DNA of 8,879 nucleotides from a virus (Duplodnaviria; Heunggongvirae; Uroviricota; Caudoviricetes): IMG/VR virus record IMGVR_UViG_2663763232_000017, positions 1 to 8,879 of that record; one strand, 5' to 3'. Shown piece by piece: positions 5,129 to 8,879 of this stretch (position 1 is its first letter; each line of letters starts with the position of its first letter). The notes under the pieces were generated by a model. It saw only the letters and a program-made list of their open reading frames with translations, ran no database searches and was not told where the DNA came from. The position numbers and the translations under genes were made by a program.

Positions 5129-5265
5129 CCATCAATCACCAGATGCTTCGTGCTGCACAGAACAAAGCAGTAATAGCCAGATTTATTGGTGATTCCAAAA
5201 TGTGGCTTGAAGCAAATAAAGCGATGAAATCAGCGATCAACATTCCGTGGTATCGCAGGAAATGA
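5113..5265 (+). CDS. kil: Kil-like host-killing/cell-division inhibitor (50 aa)
   Basis: MRNEIAINHQMLRAAQNKAVIARFIGDSKMWLEANKAMKSAINIPWYRRK. Position between cIII and the recombination genes, and an (I/V)A(T/R)FIGD(E/S)KM motif reminiscent of lambda Kil. Overlaps the cIII 3' end by 16 nt. Confidence 0.6.
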   Translation: MRNEIAINHQMLRAAQNKAVIARFIGDSKMWLEANKAMKSAINIPWYRRK

Positions 5266-5432
5266 GTTTTACAGATAACTGGTCAGACGAAGAATTCATT
5301 CGTCAGATGAAAGAATTAATCGGTAACGAAGGAGATATTCATGTCACTTGCAACCACAGTGAAGGAGAGCAAGTTACAGAGACGCATGTACACGCAGCAG
5401 GCGTTAATGTATCGCCAGAAGGGAGATCGTGA
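5262..5432 (+). CDS. Alternative small ORF (56 aa, acidic) coupled to the kil stop; overlaps 5341..5511 in another frame
   Basis: ATG at 5262 overlaps the kil stop (ATGA). Same frame as listed ORF 5247..5432. Weak RBS. Cannot tell by eye which of the two overlapping frames is expressed. Confidence 0.25.
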   Translation: MSFTDNWSDEEFIRQMKELIGNEGDIHVTCNHSEGEQVTETHVHAAGVNVSPEGRS

Positions 5433-5511
5433 AGGTGTTCGCGTATTTTTAAATGCGGCAAAGACTGAAGTATTAAATCAGCGTTATTTCCTTGGGCCAT
5501 GTCCATTCTGA
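5341..5511 (+). CDS. Small hypothetical protein (about 56 aa) between kil and erf (arf-like position)
   Basis: ATG 5341 with AAGGAG 6 nt upstream; ends about 10 nt before the erf ATG. Coordinates may be off by 1 nt because my manual indexing between 5433 and 5580 disagreed with the ORF track. Confidence 0.35.
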   Translation: MSLATTVKESKLQRRMYTQQALMYRQKGDREGVRVFLNAAKTEVLNQRYFLGPCPF

Positions 5512-5521
5512 GAACAATCAT

Positions 5522-6127
5522 ATGAGCAAAGAATTTTACGCAAGACTGGCAGCTATTCAGGAGAATCTGAACGCGCCAAAGAATCAGTACAACTCATTCG
5601 GCAAATATAAATACAGAAGCTGCGAAGACATTCTTGAAGGCGTTAAGCCGTTACTGAATGGCCTGTTTTTATCAATCAGCGATGAAGTTGTGTTGATTGG
5701 TGATCGGTATTACGTGAAAGCCACGGCAACTATTACCGATGGCGAAAACAGTCATACGGCAACCGCTCTTGCACGAGAGGAAGAAAGCAAGAAAGGAATG
5801 GATTCTGCACAAGTTACGGGAGCTACAAGCTCTTATGCACGCAAGTATTGCCTCAATGGTTTGTTCGGCATTGATGATGCGAAAGATGCAGATACCGACG
5901 AGCATAAACATCAGCAGAACGCAGCAGCAAAGCAATCAAAACCATCACCTACACCTGAACAGGTTCTAAAAGCATTCACTGACGCAGCATTGCAGAAAAA
6001 CACCGTGGAAGAGCTTAAACAGGCGTTCGCCAAAGCGTGGAAGATGCTCGAAGGCACACCGGAGCAGCACAAAGCGCAGGACGTTTACAACATCAGACGA
6101 GACGAATTAGAAGGAGCGGCTGCTTAA
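5522..6127 (+). CDS. erf: Erf-family single-strand annealing recombinase (P22 Erf-like)
   Basis: From the internal Met of listed ORF 5492..6127: MSKEFYARLAAIQENLNAPKNQYNSFGKYKYRSCEDILEGVKPLL..., which resembles P22 Erf as recalled. Confidence 0.85.
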   Translation: MSKEFYARLAAIQENLNAPKNQYNSFGKYKYRSCEDILEGVKPLLNGLFLSISDEVVLIGDRYYVKATATITDGENSHTATALAREEESKKGMDSAQVTGATSSYARKYCLNGLFGIDDAKDADTDEHKHQQNAAAKQSKPSPTPEQVLKAFTDAALQKNTVEELKQAFAKAWKMLEGTPEQHKAQDVYNIRRDELEGAAA

Positions 6128-6510
6128 TGGCACATTCGATTACTGTAAGACTAAACAAGCCCGCAAGAGAGTTTCAGGCCGGGGAAAATATCGGATTCAA
6201 CATCCGTGCTGGCGTTCAGTATTACGATCGCCAGACAAAAAAGAAAGAATGGACAAACTACAGCGCCGTTGTATTTGCCAAGCCGGGAGCGCAAGCGGAT
6301 TACTATCGTAGCGTTCTGGTTGAAGGAGGCATTGTAGAAATTACCGGAGAAAACATCAGGGTTGATGTTTATCAGGGGCAAAATGGTCAATCAATCACTC
6401 TTGAATTACTGAATGCAAAGATTGGATTTGCAACTTCAGGAAACAGCCAACAGCAGCAAAGTAGCAATCATCAAAATCATCCTGAATACGACGATTCAAT
6501 TCCCTTCTAG
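6127..6510 (+). CDS. SSB-like protein (127 aa) with SSB-type C-terminal acidic tail ...EYDDSIPF
   Basis: Internal Met of listed ORF 6037..6510; the ATG overlaps the erf stop (TAATG). C-terminus DDSIPF resembles the E. coli SSB tail DDDIPF, preceded by a Q/S-rich linker. OB-fold assignment of the N-terminal part is an inference. Confidence 0.55.
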   Translation: MAHSITVRLNKPAREFQAGENIGFNIRAGVQYYDRQTKKKEWTNYSAVVFAKPGAQADYYRSVLVEGGIVEITGENIRVDVYQGQNGQSITLELLNAKIGFATSGNSQQQQSSNHQNHPEYDDSIPF

Positions 6511-6533
6511 ATTAGCAAAATAAGGATTCCATT

Positions 6534-6827
6534 ATGCCAGCGCCTCAGTATGGTGCGGATGACCCGCGCCGATGTTCCGGCAATTCCGTATCGGAGGTGC
6601 TGGATAAATTCAGGAAAAACTACGACCGGATAATGTCTCTACCGCAGGAAACGAAAGAGGAAAAGGAATTTCGCCACTGTATATGGCTTGCAGAGAAAGA
6701 AGAACGCGAGCGAATTTACCAGACATCAATCCGACCATTCCGCAAAGCCACATATACCCACTTCCCTGAAATTGACCCGCGCCTGCGTAATTACCGCTCA
6801 CGCTATGGCGCTATCAGTAATGACTGA
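6534..6827 (+). CDS. abc2: Possible Abc2-like anti-RecBCD protein (97 aa)
   Basis: Listed ORF. Position downstream of erf and size match what I recall of P22 abc2. Sequence identity not verifiable here. Confidence 0.45.
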   Translation: MPAPQYGADDPRRCSGNSVSEVLDKFRKNYDRIMSLPQETKEEKEFRHCIWLAEKEERERIYQTSIRPFRKATYTHFPEIDPRLRNYRSRYGAISND

Positions 6828-6837
6828 GGAATTTACC

Positions 6838-7002
6838 ATGAGAGGACTTGCATACAATCCCGGCATTCTTCCGGCAGAAATGATTATTCGCCAACGCGTA
6901 AAGCCAATGCCATCGAGAGAGGAATTGCTTAAGAGAAAGAGTTTCGGTTCTGTTAATGACAACAAATATCTGAATGCGATGTTTCGGAGTGGGAAAAAAT
7001 GA
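6838..7002 (+). CDS. Small hypothetical protein (54 aa)
   Basis: Internal Met of listed ORF 6688..7002, with GAGGA 7 nt upstream. Its stop overlaps the next start (ATGA). Confidence 0.4.
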   Translation: MRGLAYNPGILPAEMIIRQRVKPMPSREELLKRKSFGSVNDNKYLNAMFRSGKK

Positions 7003-7580
7003 AACAAATGTCACTAATTGAGATGGATGGTTTTCTGAAAGGTAAATGCATCCCACGAGATTTAAAGGTTAACGAAACAAACGCTGAATACCTTGTCCGT
7101 AAGTTCGGTGAACTTGAATCAAAACTGGAAACGGCGTTGCGGGAGTGTCGTTCTGCTGGAATCACGATTGATAACCTTGAGGCCAAGTGCGCGGCGCTGG
7201 CTGTGGAGAATGCGTGGCTGAATAAATTTATCGTACAGAGTTGCTACGTGTTTGACGGCGAGCAGGGTGAACTATCTGATGCGTATATCTGCGCAATAGA
7301 CGGAAGGATGCCGCAAACCCAAGTCACCGACGCTTTTTGGGATGAAGTGAAGACTGAAGCACGCAAGGAAGGCGCTTACTTTGTGGCGAACAGAATGCTG
7401 GCTGCCTGGGAAGCTGGTTTTATTGATGATACTGCGAAGAACGCAGCGGATATTGCCCGGATGATTCTTACCTCAACTGAGTTTATGGCTAATGCACCGG
7501 AAGGAGATTTTGACCGCTCATTCTCTGATGGCGTTCTCGAAGATATCGCCGACCAGCTTCGCAAAGGAGGCAACCAGTGA
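6999..7580 (+). CDS. Hypothetical ea-region protein (193 aa)
   Basis: Listed ORF, translationally coupled to neighbours on both sides. No confident family assignment. Confidence 0.6.
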   Translation: MKQMSLIEMDGFLKGKCIPRDLKVNETNAEYLVRKFGELESKLETALRECRSAGITIDNLEAKCAALAVENAWLNKFIVQSCYVFDGEQGELSDAYICAIDGRMPQTQVTDAFWDEVKTEARKEGAYFVANRMLAAWEAGFIDDTAKNAADIARMILTSTEFMANAPEGDFDRSFSDGVLEDIADQLRKGGNQ

Positions 7581-7876
7581 CTGTATGTCTTATTGATAAA
7601 CGTCGACGTGGGCAACAAATACCATCTGTTGAAATGCCGAATCACACATGGTTTTGCGTACTTGATATCGATGGTATGGATGCGTTGGTTGACACTCGTC
7701 ATTACTGCGATACCGCAACAGCTACTCCGGCGAAAGCAAAGAAAATGGCTGCTCTGATAGAAAACTGGACTCCACCTGATGGTTGGTGCAATGGGAATGA
7801 TCGAGATTGGCATGAAAAAATGAAGGGCTATATCTGCGATTTCTTACGTAAATGCAACGGCTTCAGGGTGATGTGA
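7577..7876 (+). CDS. Hypothetical Cys-rich protein (99 aa, 6 Cys)
   Basis: Listed ORF. GTG start overlaps the upstream stop (GTGA). Confidence 0.5.
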   Translation: MTVCLIDKRRRGQQIPSVEMPNHTWFCVLDIDGMDALVDTRHYCDTATATPAKAKKMAALIENWTPPDGWCNGNDRDWHEKMKGYICDFLRKCNGFRVM

Positions 7877-7877
7877 T

Positions 7878-8165
7878 ATGACCAAAATTAACTATCAGGC
7901 GCTGCGCAAAACAGCAGAGAAAGCTCAAGAGCATGGCGTGTTCAACATGGATATACATTCACAAACCGTGCTGGCGCTACTGGATGAACTGGAAGCCGCA
8001 GAGAAGCGAATCGCTGAACTGGAAGCGAAGCTAGATAGCGCAGATAAATTGCAAGATAGCGCATTTCGTCATGGTCTTCAGCATGGCTTCAGTTTAGGTC
8101 AAACGGATAATCAGGCTGGATTTGAAGAGTGCTTATCTGCCTATGGCACCGGTAAAGGAGAGTGA
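7878..8165 (+). CDS. Hypothetical protein (95 aa) with helical/coiled-coil segment; possibly Ead/Ea22-like N-terminal region
   Basis: Listed ORF. Motif INYQALRKTAEKAQEHG and an ELEAAEKRIAELEAKL heptad-like segment. Family assignment is from memory and tentative. Confidence 0.5.
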   Translation: MTKINYQALRKTAEKAQEHGVFNMDIHSQTVLALLDELEAAEKRIAELEAKLDSADKLQDSAFRHGLQHGFSLGQTDNQAGFEECLSAYGTGKGE

Positions 8166-8440
8166 ATGTGAAAAATTATCTCAGCAATTTAGCCAGCATG
8201 CTTCAGGGGATTGCAGGTGTCATTTCAGACGGCGAACGAGTGCAAACTGAGTGTCCTCCGCATTTAAAATCTGCGCTACTTGAGGCGTCTCATGCGCTGG
8301 ATGGTCAATCAGTCAGGGTTAATTACCCACCAAATGGGAAACCGGAAATCGTAAATGCTCGCGGCAAGCATCGGCAGTTAACTTTCCGGGAACGGATTGC
8401 TATTCGCCTTCTCGGCGGCAGAACGGAGATTAGGCCATGA
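8162..8440 (+). CDS. Hypothetical protein (92 aa)
   Basis: Listed ORF. GTG start overlaps the upstream stop; AAGGAG lies just upstream. Confidence 0.5.
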   Translation: MNVKNYLSNLASMLQGIAGVISDGERVQTECPPHLKSALLEASHALDGQSVRVNYPPNGKPEIVNARGKHRQLTFRERIAIRLLGGRTEIRP

Positions 8441-8611
8441 CAACTAACCACCCGGCGCACGGTCCTGTATTCGCGCATTAGATTCATGGATGCGGGATGG
8501 GTATAGTGCTGCGCAAATTTATGACTTAGCAATTTCAAAAGGCGAAATACCAGGAGTACGCATCGAATAAGACATAACCGATATTCGAATTGAAGAACTG
8601 AAAGAACACCA

Positions 8612-8634
8612 AGCCGCCTGATGGCGGTTTTTTA
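8612..8634 (+). terminator. Rho-independent terminator upstream of xis
   Basis: CCGCC/GGCGG stem with 4-nt loop followed by TTTTTT. Confidence 0.6.
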
Positions 8635-8678
8635 TTGCCTGATTTGCAGGTTCGATTCCCTATTCGGAGATAGCACTC

Positions 8679-8879
8679 ATGCAACACGAACTACAGCCTG
8701 ATTCACTGGTTGATTTGAAATTCATCATGGCCGATACTGGCTTCGGTAAAACCTTCATCTACGACCGGATTAAGTCCGGCGACCTGCCAAAAGCCAAAGT
8801 TATCCACGGACGAGCAAGATGGTTATATCGTGACCATTGTGAATTCAAAAATAAGCTATTAAGCCGCGCTAATGGGTAA
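8679..8879 (+). CDS. xis: Excisionase / recombination directionality factor (AlpA/TorI-like, 66 aa)
   Basis: Listed ORF with GGAGA 8 nt upstream. ...FIMADTGFGKTFIYDRIKSGDLPKAKVIHGRARWLYRD... resembles AlpA-family excisionases; I recall E. coli KplE1 TorI as very similar but cannot verify. Sits at the end of the early-left operon where xis-int is expected. Confidence 0.7.
   Translation: MQHELQPDSLVDLKFIMADTGFGKTFIYDRIKSGDLPKAKVIHGRARWLYRDHCEFKNKLLSRANG

Larger units (their letters stand above)
1..8879. mobile_element. Lambdoid prophage segment: replication-gene 5' end, immunity region, PL early-left operon through xis
   Basis: Gene order and content (O-like rep, cII, cro, cI, N, cIII, kil, erf, xis) with lambda-like promoters, nut sites and the lambda t0/oop terminator sequence. 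Several protein segments match recalled lambda CI, CII and CIII sequences. Confidence 0.85.

Noticed and set aside
5433-5582. Apparent 1-nt frameshift in erf when indexing the raw text by hand (around 5460 and 5580)
   Set aside because: The supplied ORF track is internally consistent (a 636-nt open frame encoding an Erf-like protein), so this is most likely my character-counting error. My hand-derived coordinates in this interval may be off by 1 nt.
5339-5969. ORFs 5339..5521 (-), 5672..5935 (-) and 5739..5969 (+)
   Set aside because: Antisense or alternative-frame to erf and the kil-erf small ORFs, with no supporting signals.
6037-6126. N-terminal extension of the SSB-like ORF (start at 6037)
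   Set aside because: It overlaps the erf 3' end in another frame. The ATG at 6127 overlaps the erf stop (TAATG) and starts the conserved-looking sequence.
6151-7813. Minus-strand and alternative-frame ORFs 6151..6390, 6610..6801, 6798..7007, 6814..7056, 6953..7186, 7376..7813 and the 5' part of 6688..7002
   Set aside because: All overlap plus-strand genes that form a tightly coupled operon; none has a convincing RBS. I considered an oppositely oriented defence gene hidden here, but found no promoter or terminator support.
8323-8538. Minus-strand ORF 8323..8538 (71 aa, Arg-rich)
   Set aside because: Antisense to the 3' end of the 92-aa gene and the remnant region, with no RBS.

Overview
This window is a contiguous slice of a temperate lambdoid prophage, a mosaic of lambda-type regulation and P22-type recombination genes, most likely from an E. 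coli/Salmonella-type host. Minus strand, running off the left edge: the 5' part of an O-like replication initiator gene with in-frame origin iterons, a small ORF, cII and cro, with an OOP-like antisense RNA, a PRE-like promoter and nutR between them. The divergent OR/PR/PRM region follows, then cI on the plus strand (lambda-type C-terminal domain, non-lambda DNA-binding domain), a terminator, PL and nutL. The rest is the N-antiterminated early-left operon on the plus strand: N, four uncharacterized cargo genes, cIII, kil, small ORF(s), erf, an SSB-like gene, an abc2-like gene, five translationally coupled ea-region genes of unknown function, a frame-disrupted remnant, and a TorI/AlpA-like xis at the right edge (int presumably lies beyond). 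No rRNA, tRNA or CRISPR array is seen. The best candidates for something undescribed are the cargo genes between N and cIII (a strongly acidic 107-aa protein next to an AT-rich, basic 156-aa protein) and the ea-region genes; these sit where lambdoid phages carry anti-restriction, exclusion and anti-defence functions. All homology statements are from reading the translations and recalled sequences; no database search was run.
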